NCBI GenBank assembly: GCA_009914755.4
Contig: CP068257.2
Location: 33,376,001 to 33,440,000 of the forward strand
From: the human T2T-CHM13v2.0 reference genome, Homo sapiens
Direction of reading: 5' to 3'
Length of the DNA: 64,000 nt
Below, piece by piece: positions 1-15,500 of the stretch (its first letter is position 1; every line of letters starts with the position of its first letter). The notes under the pieces were generated by a model. It was not told where the DNA came from. It ran no database searches and saw only the letters and a program-made list of their open reading frames with translations. The position numbers and the translations under genes were made by a program.

Positions 1-292
1 GTTTCCCAATCTAATCTATATGCCTTAGCGATGTCACTCCTGGACAGGGATAATTTTAAATGCAAGCATACTGATGTAGCTATAGGATGGGGTAAGGTAA
101 GATGTAGGGTAGAAACCATTATCTTAAAAAAAGAGCAACTTCAGAGAAAAAAGCAGTTCTAGGGGCAAACAAAACTGTACCAGAGGGGCTCCTAGGAACC
201 TCAGGGACTTTCCATTTGATTTGCCTTTTCAGGTAAAACACCATTAATAGGAGCCAGAATAGAGTCAGAGGACAATGTCTGTTTGTTTGTCC

Positions 293-295
<3 letters not shown>

Positions 296-329
<34 letters not shown>

Positions 330-650
330 TACAGGCACACACAGACACACACACAGGCACAGACACACACAGGCACACACACAGACACACACACACAGGC
401 ACACACAGGCACACACACAGACACACACACAGACACACACAGGCACACACACACAGACACACAGAGACACACACACAGACACACACACAGGCGCACACAC
501 ACACAGACACACACAGGCACACACACACAGACACACAGAGACACACACACAGACACACACAGGCGCACACACACAGACACACACACACAGACACACACAC
601 AGACACACACACACACATACACAGACACACACACAGACACACACACACAC
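296..650 (+). repeat. Complex CA-rich microsatellite of about 355 bp: (CA)n interspersed with CAGA/CAGG/CATA units.
   Basis: Directly visible. It accounts for the HTHT... and CVCV... ORFs in the track. Confidence 0.95.
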
Positions 651-1084
651 GGGTATGTGACTGAGGAATGTGACATGAATGACCTGGCATAAATGCAATG
701 TTCTAATTTATTCCACATCATTCACTGAGATTCTCCACTCACTAATTTTCCTAAAAGCAGATTTTTTCATATCCTTTGAAGTCAAGCAAGTGGTTTTGGG
801 GAAAGGGTTGTTCCCTCCGGGCCGGCTGGCAACATACGGAATTGTCTCAAAAGCCCCGTTAGCAACAGAGGAAAGGTCAGCCCCCTCTTAGTGAATGGAG
901 AAGGAGAAAGTAAAGGTTGTGATGATAAACATAGAGCAAGTTTTGACAACCATTGGATCATTTAACAGTACCAGAACATCTAGACGGAACCACATTTTTT
1001 TTTACCATTGCTATTCATATATTTTTTAAGAAAATTAAAAAAAAAACTTCCAAGACATTTTCTAAACTGGGAAGGAGGATAAAA

Positions 1085-1500
1085 TATTTACCCATGGTGT
1101 AAACTATGTAAAATGCAATAATGTGTAAGACCTGGTATTTGACAGCATAACAGGGTGACCATAGTCAATAATAATTTAATTGTACATTTTAAAATAACTA
1201 AAAGTATAATTGGATTGTTTATAACACAAAGAATAAATGCTGAGAGGATGGATACCCCATTTTCCATGACGTGATTATTGTATATTGCATGCCTATATCA
1301 AAACATCTCATGTACCCCATACATGAGATGTGTATAGGTACAATGTGTGCATAGGAGTGCAGTGGTGTGATCACAGCTCCACAGCTGTGCACCTGCTATG
1401 CGTATACACCTACTATGCACCTAAATGCCTAGGTACCTACATTTACGGGTACTACGTACCCGTAAAAATTGAAAATTAAAAAGAAAAATAAATAAACGAA
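1085..1500 (+). mobile_element. L1 LINE 3' end (older L1PB/L1MA-like 3'UTR) with a poly-A/A-rich tail.
   Basis: TGACAGCATAACAGGGTGACCATAGTCAATAATAATTTAATTGTACATTTTAAAATAACTAAAAG...GGATACCCCATTTTCCATGACGTGATTATT...CATCTCATGTACCCCATA...CCTACTATGCACC...GTAAAAATTGAAAATTAAAAAG. It contains an internal palindromic duplication at about 1281-1340. Confidence 0.75.
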
Positions 1501-2212
1501 ATGATCTATTATCTTCTTCTACTGATGAGGACATAATGAAGGGTTTGGTATGTTAGACTCATACACATATATGCAGACTTCTGTGGTTGCAGTTAAATTG
1601 GTCAATAGATATAGACTGACCTAAGAAAAGAGGAATTAACTTCCAGCCTAATACTGACTGGGCACTTCTGTTCCCGTACACCCTCAGAGACTTCAGCCAA
1701 CTTCTGAAGCAGTTAATTGGCTTTCCTGGCTGGAACCGCAACGCCATTGCAGGCAAGTGTCTTGGAGCTCCAGACAGGCCCGTGAACAGGGTGGCAAGAA
1801 GTCTAGGAGAACATGAATCAGCCCCGCATGGACACCCGTGGCATTTAAGCCCGAAAGGAAACTTGACTGGTAGCCGAAGTCAGCAATGGATGCCAAGCAG
1901 GCTGTGCCATGTTGGGGGACTGAGGGGTGGGGACTGGCTCCTGAGCATGGCTGGTGGCCACGGAGGCCCCACCTTGTGAGGCCACTATGTCCCCTTTGGC
2001 CCTACACATCAGACTCCACCCTTCCCAGCAGACTCTCTGACCCTTTCAGCTCTGACCACAAAGGGTGGAACTTAATGAGCTGGGAACCCAATTTCTCACT
2101 GGTTTTGGTAAATTAAAAGCGATAAAATGAGTAATCCATTAAAGTCATCATTTTTCCTAACTGAAAAAAAAAAGTATGACAACTCTGTTGAGACTTGACC
2201 TCTTTGAAATAA

Positions 2213-2626
<414 letters not shown>

Positions 2627-5325
2627 TAGGAACTAATGCTGTCTTAATTATTTTCTCTGTCTCTCCTCTGCCTCTTCGAATGTACATGTGTAGGTGTATG
2701 TGTGTGTATATGTACGTGTTTCTTTTTATACTTGGCTTTTTGTAGCCATCATTTTTTATCTTTTAGAATGCCCCCACCACACATTCAGCATAGATTTGCT
2801 TTTCAGAATTTTGAACATTGAGAATTCTTTGAATATTTTCTAATACCTGAACATTTACCTTTATATGTCTGCAGCCTGTGGACAGGTGTGTAGAATAGCA
2901 GACTGTCAGACTTGGGAGGACCATGAGGCTATTGACTTGGACCTTCCATCTCATCAAGCAGGAATTCTCCCAAGGAACCACCGCCCTGACCTATCCCAGG
3001 GGTCAGGCCTGCCTAAACCAGGCTTGAGTTTTGTATATATTGCTCAGCTCAGTTGTAGAGCTCAGGTGTGATAACTCTGCCTAAGAGGGGATGAGGAGGA
3101 GGGCTAAATGGAGGGAAAAGTGGTACAGGAGAGAAAATAGAGAGAAAGGGACATTATAAGGGTGGGACTGGGGTCAGAGGCTGGGAACTGGGGGCTGGGG
3201 GAGATCTATCAGAAGAGAGCAGGCTGCAGGGACGTCCTCCTGGGTTCCTGCTGTGTCATGCGTCTGACCTTTTGTGTCTCTTTCTCAAACCCTGTTGATG
3301 TGTCAGCCCACGAGATGCTGGGGGTGTGGAGAGGACGAAGACCAGGGCAGAATCTTTGGCCTAAAAAGCAGAGTTCCTGGAACAGTGTCGACATTTTAAA
3401 AATATTAGCTAGCTTGAAGAGGAATGCTGAACTCTCTCTCTCTCTATTGTTCTCTCCTACTTAATTTCATAACTGATCTCCTCTTATTGAAACTGTAAGT
3501 GGAAAAAAAGATGGTTTCACAGAGATCCTCATTAAAGAAAGTGTTGCCGTAAGTAATCTAGTAATGTAGGCGTTCTGCAGCACAACATTCCTCCTGAGCT
3601 TATCACTTTACACTGTGAGGCCAAGATGTTAAAAAAAAATACACACATACACAGCAAACCCCTACTCCCAAACATAAGAGTTTAGATCTTGAGCAATAAG
3701 ACATAGATACTATCACAATATTTTGCAAATCTCAGAAACATTGCCACATTTTCCATAGGGTTAACATCTGAGATGAAAAACTAATTCAGAACTTATGATT
3801 CCTTTTAAAAAAATTCCCTTAGCCAAACTGAAGAAATTTACTCGGGAGAAGAAAATGACTTAACTTGTAGTTTCCACAATGAGAAACATATTCTCATGGC
3901 TTTCAGCCACTTTCTATCATTATGTGATGGGCTTAAATTGCATTCACTGACAGTGAATTAAAAGCATGAATGAAATCTTTAAATGAACAACTGAAATAAA
4001 ATCATGATTTAAACATCCTAGCACTTAAAAGTAAAAGAAACTTTTGCATGGCTGTAGACATAATGATCAATACTGAGTCTTAATCCCAAACCTGACAGCC
4101 CATATTTTTCAAACTGAGTGCCTCAAATTCACAATAAAAAAAAATAGGCCTCTTATTGCTGCAGTGAGATAGGGCAGTGTAATGCCTATGAGTGTGTCTC
4201 TTCCTGTGTTGTATCTGGCCTTGAGTCCACAGAATCCCCCAACATCAAAGGAAGCAGTAGGAGATGGTGTGTGGAACACCAGATAGCCGGAGGAAAGGGG
4301 AAACTCTTCCTTTGCCAAGAGGGATTGCTAAAATTAGATGGTAAAGTAGTCTTGGCACTGGAAGTCGTCTTGCTGACGATCAGCTTCAATAGATGATAGA
4401 ACTGTTGCTTATTTGGAGACTTTCAAAGAGAGGGGCTTACACCCCAGGCAGGAACGTCTTACCAGGCTGAAGAGCTCTTTCTGTGTGGAGATGCTTTCCT
4501 AGGTCTATCTTAAATTCTTCATGCTGATATTCAACCCCACTTCCTCTTGCTTTGGAGCTTAGTGCAGAAGGGGCCTTGCCAGGCACTATTCTTTTCCTGC
4601 AAACTTCCCAAGATGATTTTCATAACTCAAGACCATCATCCTTCTCTCCCCAACACCCCCAATCTGGGCGCTTCATTTTGGCCTTCTCTGTGCATTTGGG
4701 GTGCATGTGGAAAGAAGGTTCTGCAAGATGGGGTGGAAGGACCAGGACTGGGCTCTCACTTGGGCTGAGCGTATGGTCACCTGGCACATCCAGGGCCATC
4801 TCTACTCTCCTCCCCCATCTCCCTTGCCTCTGCCTTGCCCTGGTGACATTATCTAGACATCTACCACTCAAATGTATGACTTGGGTAAGCATTGCATCTT
4901 CTATGTTTCTCTTTTAAACTTTGAGACCATCAGGAAAGGGTTGAGCCTGTCAATATTAATATCTTTGCTGCCCTCGTTTCCTCTCAAGAAAATATTTAGG
5001 GAAGCAAGAAGGGCTGGGAGAGGGGATGAAGAGGAAAAGCAGGGGGCTTAGGAAAAGGGGACCTGAGCAGGGGCCACAGAGATCAGCCCCATTTTCCTGA
5101 GAACGTCCCTGTGGCTTCCTCAGAGGGACCACACAACGTCCAGAGACCACCGTGTGACTTTCAGAGATAACAGCGACAGTTCCTGGCAACATTTGCTCCC
5201 TCCCCCACCTCCATCCTTCATCCTCCTCCTCAGAGAATTTTATTTGGCTTTGGGCAACATGAAAGTCAACTCCACAGAGTGCAGAGGGAGTCAGAGAGCC
5301 CAGTCCTCATCTCATCTGGTCAGCT

Positions 5326-5675
<350 letters not shown>

Positions 5676-7021
5676 TCACCCTACTAAATATCCACCCATG
5701 AAGTACAATTGGGAAATCTGTGCTCCAAAGCAAAACCATTCTCTTTGAAGGAGCCAGCCTAGACTGCTCTATCCCACCAATGAGAGAGTTAATAGACTTG
5801 ATGGGAGACAGGCACATGGCAATAAGGAGGTCTGTTCTTAGGTGAAATAGGTGAGTTGTGCTGGCCATCAGCACTGGAAGCCCTGAATTCAGGCCTTTGG
5901 GTGAGCAGGGCAGCACACACAACTGGGCAGAGTGGCCCTTTATCTCATGCCAGCTGGACCCAGAGCCGGAGCTTGGAGGCTGGGGTGATCAGGCTGTTCT
6001 TGGCAGAGGTTCCTGAAATGAAATGACTCTGGTGGTGATGGGAGGCCGTGGCTCCAGGCCTGCCCCAGCATAACACGTTGTTAGCATATGTTAACAGGCT
6101 GCCTTTTCTCCAAAGATCACAAAATGCATTCCATTTAGTGTCTGTTTTGGAAGTGTTGCTATCTGTGTTTTATAGGTGACAAAACCAAGATACATCAAGG
6201 TCATGGAGCCCCCACAGCTGAGGGTGAGTGAGTTAGGGGCTGACCTGGGAGACCTGCGCTTCCTGATTCTCAGGCTGTTGCTCAACAGCTGACCCCTGAT
6301 CTTTCCAAACTCCTTCCAGAATGGTCCTTTTGGCCTGCAGATCTCAGGGTCTGGTAGGAGTTAAAAGGAACACGTGTGTTCTGAACTCCCTGGAAGAGAG
6401 TATTGAAAACACACACACAATCTAGTGTTCGACATGTGGGGACCGAGATGAAAGGGGACAGCTGTTTCAGTGCTGGGTTTTGTGACCACACGTGGTTAGG
6501 CCTTCAGCCCACGGAAAGCACATGGAAAATGAGTGGAAGACCTGGCTCCCTCTCTTCTCTCCCGTTAGGCACAAGACGGTGTAAATCCTGGTCTTCCTCC
6601 TTTTAAAAGTGTGACTATCGCGTCAGACTAAGCTTTCTAAGGAACTCGCCACTGGTATCATTCAACAGAAAGGAACCTGCTAGATTAAAGCTAAGTGAAA
6701 TTTTCCAAATGATTTCAGCTGGCTCTACCTAGTGGTTAAGCTTCATCTTTATCGGGCTGAACGAGATGAGCTTTCACCCAAGATGTTGGAGCCACGCTTA
6801 TAATATTTGACTTTTACACAAACAGTTATTTGATTGCAATCCAAACAAAAGCAAATGATGTCCAAAGTTAGAACTATGGATACAAGGCACTGAAACATCT
6901 TAAAACTCAAGGCTGAAAGGTATCTAAGGAATTTTTGTCTCAAGGAAGAGGTGTTATAATTCCCAAAAAGGAAACTGTGTCTACTGATTTTTTTAAATCT
7001 AGAGGGAAGACGATCATATAA

Positions 7022-7337
<316 letters not shown>

Positions 7338-8264
7338 TCATATAATTTTCATCAGGCACTAAAGCTTAACAATCAACTGGCAAACAAATGTTTACCATAC
7401 ACGACTGTATGCAAAGTTCCGGAAGGGCAGGCAGATAGCTATTTTATTCATGTTCCCATAGTCGAGTGCTTCATGTTCTTTGGACTTGTATAAGTAACAT
7501 TAACTACTCTTAATACTGGGAAATTCTTTGTTATCTCTCTCAACCGTCTCTCACATCATTGCCTTTTGGTATGGCCTCCTAATCTGAGTTCTGTTCCAGG
7601 GAAAATGGGAATGGAAGTCACTCTCAATGACAGCCCTGCACACGCAGGGAACACCTGGTTACTAGTTTGTCCCTGAGCCACTTCTTCTGGTGCCAGGCTG
7701 AGCTAAGGATAAGGCAGCAGAAAGCAAAAGGCAACCTCGAATGTCTCTAGATCCAGACTTTTGGTCTTTCCCTCCAAATGTCTTCCTCCCATAGTCCTCT
7801 ATGGCAATTGCAGTTTCCAGATTTCTTACGCTGAAGAACATGTGATACTTCCATGCCTGTTTTCTTTTGCTCGTTCCCTCCATCTACCAGTCATCGACTA
7901 ATGCTGGTTTTACCTCCAAAACAGTCACTCTCTTTACCGTCTCTATAATTTTTTTTACTTCCATTTGCAATAGTTTCTTATTTGTATTTTTTAAAAGTTT
8001 TTTTAATAGCCTTATTGAGATATAATTCACATATCATATAGTTCACCTATTTCAAATGTACAATTCAATAAGTTTTTGGCCTATTTTTTTTTTGAGTTAT
8101 GGTTTTATATATATATATACGCATATATAACATACAGTTTGACATTTTAAGAATTTTTAACTATAGTTCTATGGCACTAATTACATTCACAATGTTGGCA
8201 ATAATAATTACTATTCATTTTTCCCAAAACTTTTTAATTGCCCAAATAAAGACTAAATATGCAT

Positions 8265-8935
8265 TAGGAGTAGAAGAAAACTTCAACACGATAAAGCTCA
8301 TATATAGAAACCCACAACTAACATAATACCGAATGATAAACTACTGAAAGCTTTTCCCCTAAGATCAGGAACAAGACAAGGATGTTCACTCTTGCCACTT
8401 CTATTCAACACAGTACTGGAAATTCTAGCCGGAGCAATTAAGAAAACAACATATAAAAGACACCCAAATTGGAAAGTAAGGAGTCAAATTATCTCTTTAC
8501 AGATGCCATGATATTATATGTAGAAAACTCTAAAGAATCCTGAAATAAAAATCTGTTCGATATAATAAGTGAATTCTGCAAGCTTGTAGAATATATAGAA
8601 ACACAAAGAGCAGTTGTGTTTCTACATACTTGCAATGACCAATTCAAAAAGGTAACTGAAAACAATTTCATTCAAAATAACATTGAAAAGAACAAAATAT
8701 GTACAAGTAAATTTTAAACAAGGAGGCAAAAGACTCATATACTGAAAACCACAAAATATTACTCAAAGAAATTAAAGAACAAAATAAATGAAAAGGCACC
8801 TCATGTTCATGGATTGGAAGACCTGCTGTTAAGATAACTATACTACCCAAAGCAAACTAAAGATTCAGTGCAATCCCCCATCAAAATCCCAATATTATTA
8901 TTATTATTATTACTATTTTTACAGAAATAATAAGA
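8265..8935 (+). mobile_element. L1 LINE ORF2-derived fragment, old and frameshifted.
   Basis: AAACCCACAACTAACATAATACCGAATGATAAACTACTGAAAGCTTTTCCCCTAAGATCAGGAACAAGACAAGGATG...TTCTATTCAACACAGTACTGGAAATTCTAGCC matches the L1 ORF2 reverse-transcriptase region. Overlapping small ORFs are artefacts. Confidence 0.8.
8881..8908. repeat. (TTA)n short microsatellite at the end of the L1 fragment.
   Basis: attattattattattattactattttt. Confidence 0.8.
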
Positions 8936-9144
8936 CCCATCCTGAAATGCTAACTGGCTTTTTGCACTTGCTGTTTCTCCTTCCTGGTGTGCTCCTGAGT
9001 CAGACATTAGCATGGCTCCCAGTGTCACCTCCTTCAGGTGAGTATGCCACATGACACTCATCACCTTCTCAGCGTGCCCCTCCTTCACCAGCTTTGCACC
9101 CCCAGCTGCCCCTTATTTGTCTTATGCTTTTCCATTGCCCTTAG

Positions 9145-9520
<376 letters not shown>

Positions 9521-12500
9521 TAATTTCCCCTTTAAATACAAATTTCACGAGGTCAGGAATTTTTATGTTTGTTCACTGCTGTATTTCCAGCATCTAAAAC
9601 ATGTCAGGCACATAGCAGGCATTCAAGATAAATATTTATCAAATGCAAGCATGAGTGTAAAATGTATGAGAAAAACCAATACATCCACATTTATTATTTT
9701 TGTAATGAGACAAGACCAACAAGTGATTACTAATGGGATTTTCGCCTCACATTTTCCTTAACAGAATTTAAAATTGTGGCAAAACATGGTGGTGCAAGAA
9801 CAATACAACTTCATTACACACCCAAAGAAGTGGTGAGTTCATCTATTTCCTCCCACTCGAAAAGCAAATTCATTTTGGGCTGTTTTCACATCATCAACTC
9901 TCCTTCCAATGTACTGCTCCTTGAATCAGAATACATTTGAAATCATTTCCCAGTCTGAAAAAGTCATCAGTGTATCTTAATCCATCTTAATCTGTAATGG
10001 CAAAGGACCCCATGTGAGTGGAGATGCAGTTATGGCTAAGTGTGGGATGCCAAGAACTTGACTTTGGCTGGGTAAGAGCAAGTCTCAATAGCAAGGGAGC
10101 AAGTAGACAGCTGGTAGGAAAATCATGGGTTCGCCTGCATGTGAGTAACAAGGACGAACGGTAATGGGAGACTCCCACAAGTGGGAAACAGTACATGTAG
10201 ACATGACTACATGCCAAACAAATGTACAACTGCACATACTTAACTTATGATTTTTACTTTGATGATAATGAGTGAACAAGAAGGAGAAAAGCTGTCTTTT
10301 TTTTTTAAAAAAAAGATGACTCAACCATGTCTTATATTAAATAGATATTGGGAACATTTGCCTGAATTACATCACTGACCTCATGAAGCCATGAAATCTC
10401 CCACAGAACACCACAAAGCCACAGCTTTATCTCCAAGCTCAACACTTTGTAATGGCACCTCTTCAAGGCTTAGTTCCTGTATTTCCATTCTCAGGGGCAG
10501 ATGCTTCCCTTAGGAAGAGAAGCCCACTGTCTCTCTGAGAGGAGAAACTGATGCTTCTTACCCTGAGACTGAAAGGGCTGCAGTGCCTAAAATGAGCACT
10601 GTGATGCAACCTGGAGAAACTGTATCTTTAACACACTCACAAAGAAAAAAATAAAAAAGAAAACCATATTCTTTAGATTTATTTCGTTCAAATACACTCT
10701 TTAGCTAGAGCACAGGCATTTACCTTCCAATTCTACTTATCTATTGATCCAACATATTTACATATTTTCAAAATAATCCACACACATTCTATAATCCCAC
10801 CCATATAAGATTTCTTTAAAGTGGTAAACCTTTTCCACCACCATTTACTGTTGAGAAAATAAAGGGATGAGAAAGCATTAGCTGTGTTCTAGACATGGTC
10901 CAGTCAAAGAAGGGAGAACTTGGAAATACAGAACTGTGGTTATTCATCGTGACTCTGCCAGCCATTGACTACTTGTGTACACTTGGACCAAGAGACTGGT
11001 TTGATACCAGTCACATCCATGATGGTGACATTCCATGGGATGACAAAGTGCCTGTGGTTGTGCCAGAACTTTCTTGTATCAAATAATTCTAGAAAACAAG
11101 AGGCCCAGAAGCTAGAACCAAGACACCACTTTTGTATGAATTAACAAGACCTCAATTGCTTGGCCATAGTGGCTCCCATCATGGCTTCTGAGTTGTAGAC
11201 CTTAGCATTATGGCACATCTCAAGGGACTATGAAAAATCAGCTCCCCATCTGTGTTCCATAGAACAGCACGACAATTTCAGGACCTAGCTGAGGGCGTGT
11301 CTTGAGTAAAGTCACAAATAAAGCTTACACTAGAACCCGGGAACTTTGATCCTGTTTTTATCACCCCGTCCATTGTTGAAGTAATCATTTAATTTTCCCA
11401 AATGGTCCATGGACTGTTTGAAGCAGGACCTTACCTGATTCTACCCCACTTCTAATGCTTCTGTACCTGAAGATTTTATTAAATGACAAGGGATCATGTA
11501 TTTGGGGAAACAGAGACATTCAACTTTCGGGCTCACAAGAGAGGCAGCTTTAAGTTCAGACCTTCCCTTGTTGTCTGCTTGCTGGAGAAGTGTCTGTCTT
11601 GTGATCCCAGCTTACACTTGGCCCTGGACCACAAACCAGGCCTACAAGAACATGGATGTGGTGCCCATGTTTCAAATTCATCTCACTCTCTTATCAGCTG
11701 GGGACTTTGATTTGGCTTTTCCTAAGACATGGTTAAAATTCTTATTATCAGCTTCAATTTCTGTGCCACAGTTTTAAGACTAACCACCTCTGCTTTTCTC
11801 TATCCACAGCATAAACCACAAAAACTGCTGTCACCACTGAATTGTTGAAAGAGAAGGCATAGGTAGATTTTATTGATGTATTCAGAGATCTCCAGAAATC
11901 ATGTTTTTTTTTTTATTAGAGTTGAATTTCTTCTTCATACCAATATGCTTACCCAATGTGATGGAGTGATGAGGAAACGGGAGAGATGAAGACAGAGATA
12001 CAGACAGAGATGAGAGAGGCTGCATTTTACTCAGTAACGACCCCCACTGACCCCACAATTTGTCTACAGTCCTATAAACACCATTAGGATTCTGTATGAC
12101 TCATTGTATATGCAAGGAAATAGCCTCTTCTGTCCTCTAAAGCACCACAATTAAATTCCACACTTGAGTCAAATTGGAGTCAGATCAGACCAATGGCCCC
12201 ACCCCATACCCCACGAATAATTTAATTAATAATTTAGTTAATCTATACTAAGAACCTTCATATTACAGCTTCTCTATTTTTAAGCCTAGGAACTATCAGT
12301 TTTCCAGACATACTATATGACTTAAAAGACAGGCTCCACAGTTCCATCCTCATCCCTGGCACCTAATCATAAAGGACATTCATGATCCTAGCTATCCCTT
12401 AGCTTCCTTCTTACAGCTCAGACTCTGCTGGACCGACCCTGATATACCTGCTCAGCACTCGCCAGCTAGTTGCCTTCCCTCATGCTATAAATGCTGTACA

Positions 12501-15500
12501 TGGAGGAAGAACATGGCTTTTGGCTGCAGCTGGAAGTCTCCTCCCCTCCATCTCTTATCTTTTAAGTACCCTTTGAATTTCATGCCAGTGTCAGGTGAGT
12601 ATGGGGTGGCACTATTATGTGATTTTCCTGCCACATTTGCAGGTGTGCCTCATGGCCTTGACACATTTAATGTCACTTTCTTTCAACTGGGATGTGTGGC
12701 GACCAGTACGTCCACTCCAGCTGGAATGCCTGGGATTGTGTTTTTATGGATGACGTCTTCACAGCTGGGAAGCATCTCTCCAGGGTCTCTGACAGTGAGT
12801 AAGTTGCTCACATCATTGTTGGCAGGCTCATCCCAATTTTAAGTCATTCTCTAAGACAAGGCAGACAAAAAGTCTCATCTATTAAGGTCACCAGGCCTTT
12901 GAGTGCTGAGGAGCTAAACTAAAGCGTTGCATCCAGGTGCTGGATTGTGGAGTCGTTGTATGCATTGTCTTTGAGAGAAAGGCTACAGTGAAGGAGATGG
13001 AGGCACCCACACGTGGAAGATTGGAGATTTAAACATGAAACAGCCTCAGTGTTTTTCTTGAAAATCTGCTTTGCCTCCATAAAAGCCTCAAGTAGGCAAA
13101 CTGAACTAAATGTACTTTTCAGGAAACACAATGAGAAGGACATCATCTGGTTAACACAATAAAGCCACACTACTCTCTCTCCCCCTCTCTCTCTTTCAAG
13201 CCTTCCAGAGCACCCTTCCTCTAGCAGACATAGAAGAAAACTACCCACATGGCTCAGAGGTTAAGGGCCTGGGAACGAGCCTCAGGCAGACATGGATAGG
13301 AGTTCCATTCTGCTGGGTGACTTTGGGAAAGTTAGGCAACCTCTCTGGATCGGAAGAGGAGAGCAATAATACCAGTATCCTGGTTGTTACATAGGAAGTG
13401 CTGGGCACAGCACCGCGCACATAAGGGGTGCTCAGTACATGCTGGTCAATATTATCGTTATTAATATTTCCTTTGTCTGAGTGGTGAATGAGGAGCATGG
13501 AGAAGTGGTGTCACCACATCTTTTGATCCTGGGGCTCAGTGGTGCTTTAGAGTGGGTGAAGGCTGAGCCTGAATCAAGGCCTGCCCAGAGCCTTTCTCTA
13601 CCAGGCAAAACGTGCTGGAAAGATAGAAGAGAGGAGCTCCTGATTCACCCAGGACAGTCCCCATTTACTGTACTTGCCACCTCCTTTTCCACTCTGGGAA
13701 GTACCCAGTTAAGGAGGACAAATGACACTGTCACCCTCTCTAGGAGGTACCTTAGGTGGCTTCTACAGCTGCACTGCTTGGTATTGGTGCCACCAGCCCC
13801 ATGTGGGCAAGAAGCATGTGGCTGAGACAGCTCGAAAGTGTAACCTGCACACCAGATCTCAAAGACTCGGGAAAGAGAAAGAGTGTAAGCTATGGCATTA
13901 ATAATTTTTATATAGAATGCATATTGAAATGTAACATTTGGCTATAGTGGGTTAAAAATATTAGTAAATTAATCTCACGTGTTTCTTTTCACTTACTTGA
14001 TTGTGGCTACAGAACGTTCATCTGCGGGCTTGTGTTCTATTCTGCGGGGCAGGGCTGTCCTGGAGGTTGAGCCCCATGGGCAGTGGACATGTAGCTGTGC
14101 TCTGGACAGACGCTGTGGCTGCCACCACATTTTCTCTCAGGCTTTGGGGGAAATGCTCTCCCCCAGCCCCACCCCAGAACTGTGCCTTAATGCCCTGGCC
14201 CGGTTGGGTCTCCATCCCTGCATCCCTGCAGTTAGCCCTGCTCTCTAGGTGACCCGCCGTCCTTTGGATGTGCTAAAGCCACCACATTCAATATATTCAG
14301 ACATGTGCCACCACTTCCCCTTCCCTGGCTCCACCCTTTGTCTCCCTGCAGTGTTTCTCCTCCAGGATAGCAGCCCTTTTGGGTACCAGAGTCCAGACCT
14401 TCATGTCACCTCTTGCTGGCCTCTACTCCTTGCTCTTCAGAAGCAAGTCATCTGCCAACCCCCTTGGTGGCCTCTCTCCTACCTCTTCTCCACTCTCACT
14501 GCCACCACCCTCGTTCAGGCCCTTTATTTTGTGATATTTACTGTTTCAACATCCTCCAAGCTGATCAGCTTACTTATCTTCCTATTACCCCCAAACGCCG
14601 ATGAGATCCTTTTATAATCCAGAACTATTTCATGTTCCAGCTTTAAAATATGTCCCTGATCCTCCCTGGTACCCAAGCTCTTCAGCCTGGCATTCACAGC
14701 CCTTTAGAACTCAGCCCCATTTTATGGATCCAGGTTTATTCCCTGTTATTTCCATTGCCTCCTCCCATCTACCCCACGGCCACCACCCCTGGGCCATGCT
14801 ATTTTTCACAAACACATGCTGTACCTTTTTAGCTCTCAGTGTCTGATCCATGGTGCTCCTTGGCACCAATGTCCTCTTCACTCCCTCATCTGCTTTGGGG
14901 AGTTCCATCTAACCTGAGGGCTCAGTTAAAACCTGCATTCTCCAAAAACTTTCCCTGCCCCTCCCCCCAACAGAATTGGTTCATCTTCCTACAACCAATG
15001 GCAATTTCATGGTGGTGCCATGTACACATTCGAGTTGGCCTCATATTAGGGGAATGTATGTGAGCATTTCCATTCTCATCTAGAGGAGGACTTCTTTAGT
15101 ATTTGGTGGTTATTTCTTCACATTCTGATCCTCCCTCCTCCATAGCAACTAGCATCAACTTCCAGCCACCATTTGGAAGGTGTTCAATACGTGAGGGTGA
15201 CTTGAGGCAAAGACAAGGGTCAACCTAACACGTCTTTGGAAGGATCGATGCTCAGGCTTGTCTCAGCTTTGGGCTGGGAGAATTCCTTGAGGACTGATGA
15301 GGATGGGGCAGACCACAGTAGCATTTAAAGAGAAAAAGGGAAAAGTTAGGTTGTGCACATCTGCATAGGCAGACTTTCTAATTTTGTTACTTCAGTATAT
15401 TTGCTGAATGTGCACTGCAAGAATATTTAAAGATCAAAGTTCTATAGCAGTGAGCCCAGAACATGCTCAAGCATGGTTAATTCTGCCACTTTCACCCTCT

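Noticed and set aside
201-721. Five overlapping ORFs of 125-165 aa (CVCVCV.., HTHTHT..)
   Set aside because: They are pure translations of the (CA)n/(CAGA)n microsatellite on both strands. They are not coding.
8489-8850. Small ORFs inside L1-derived and flanking simple-repeat sequence. Examples are 8489-8850 in the L1 ORF2 fragment and 62261-62576 in the TG/TA-rich run just beyond the minus-strand L1 fragment.
   Set aside because: They are frameshifted remnants of L1 ORF2 or antisense or simple-repeat reading frames. No intact reverse transcriptase or endonuclease is present.
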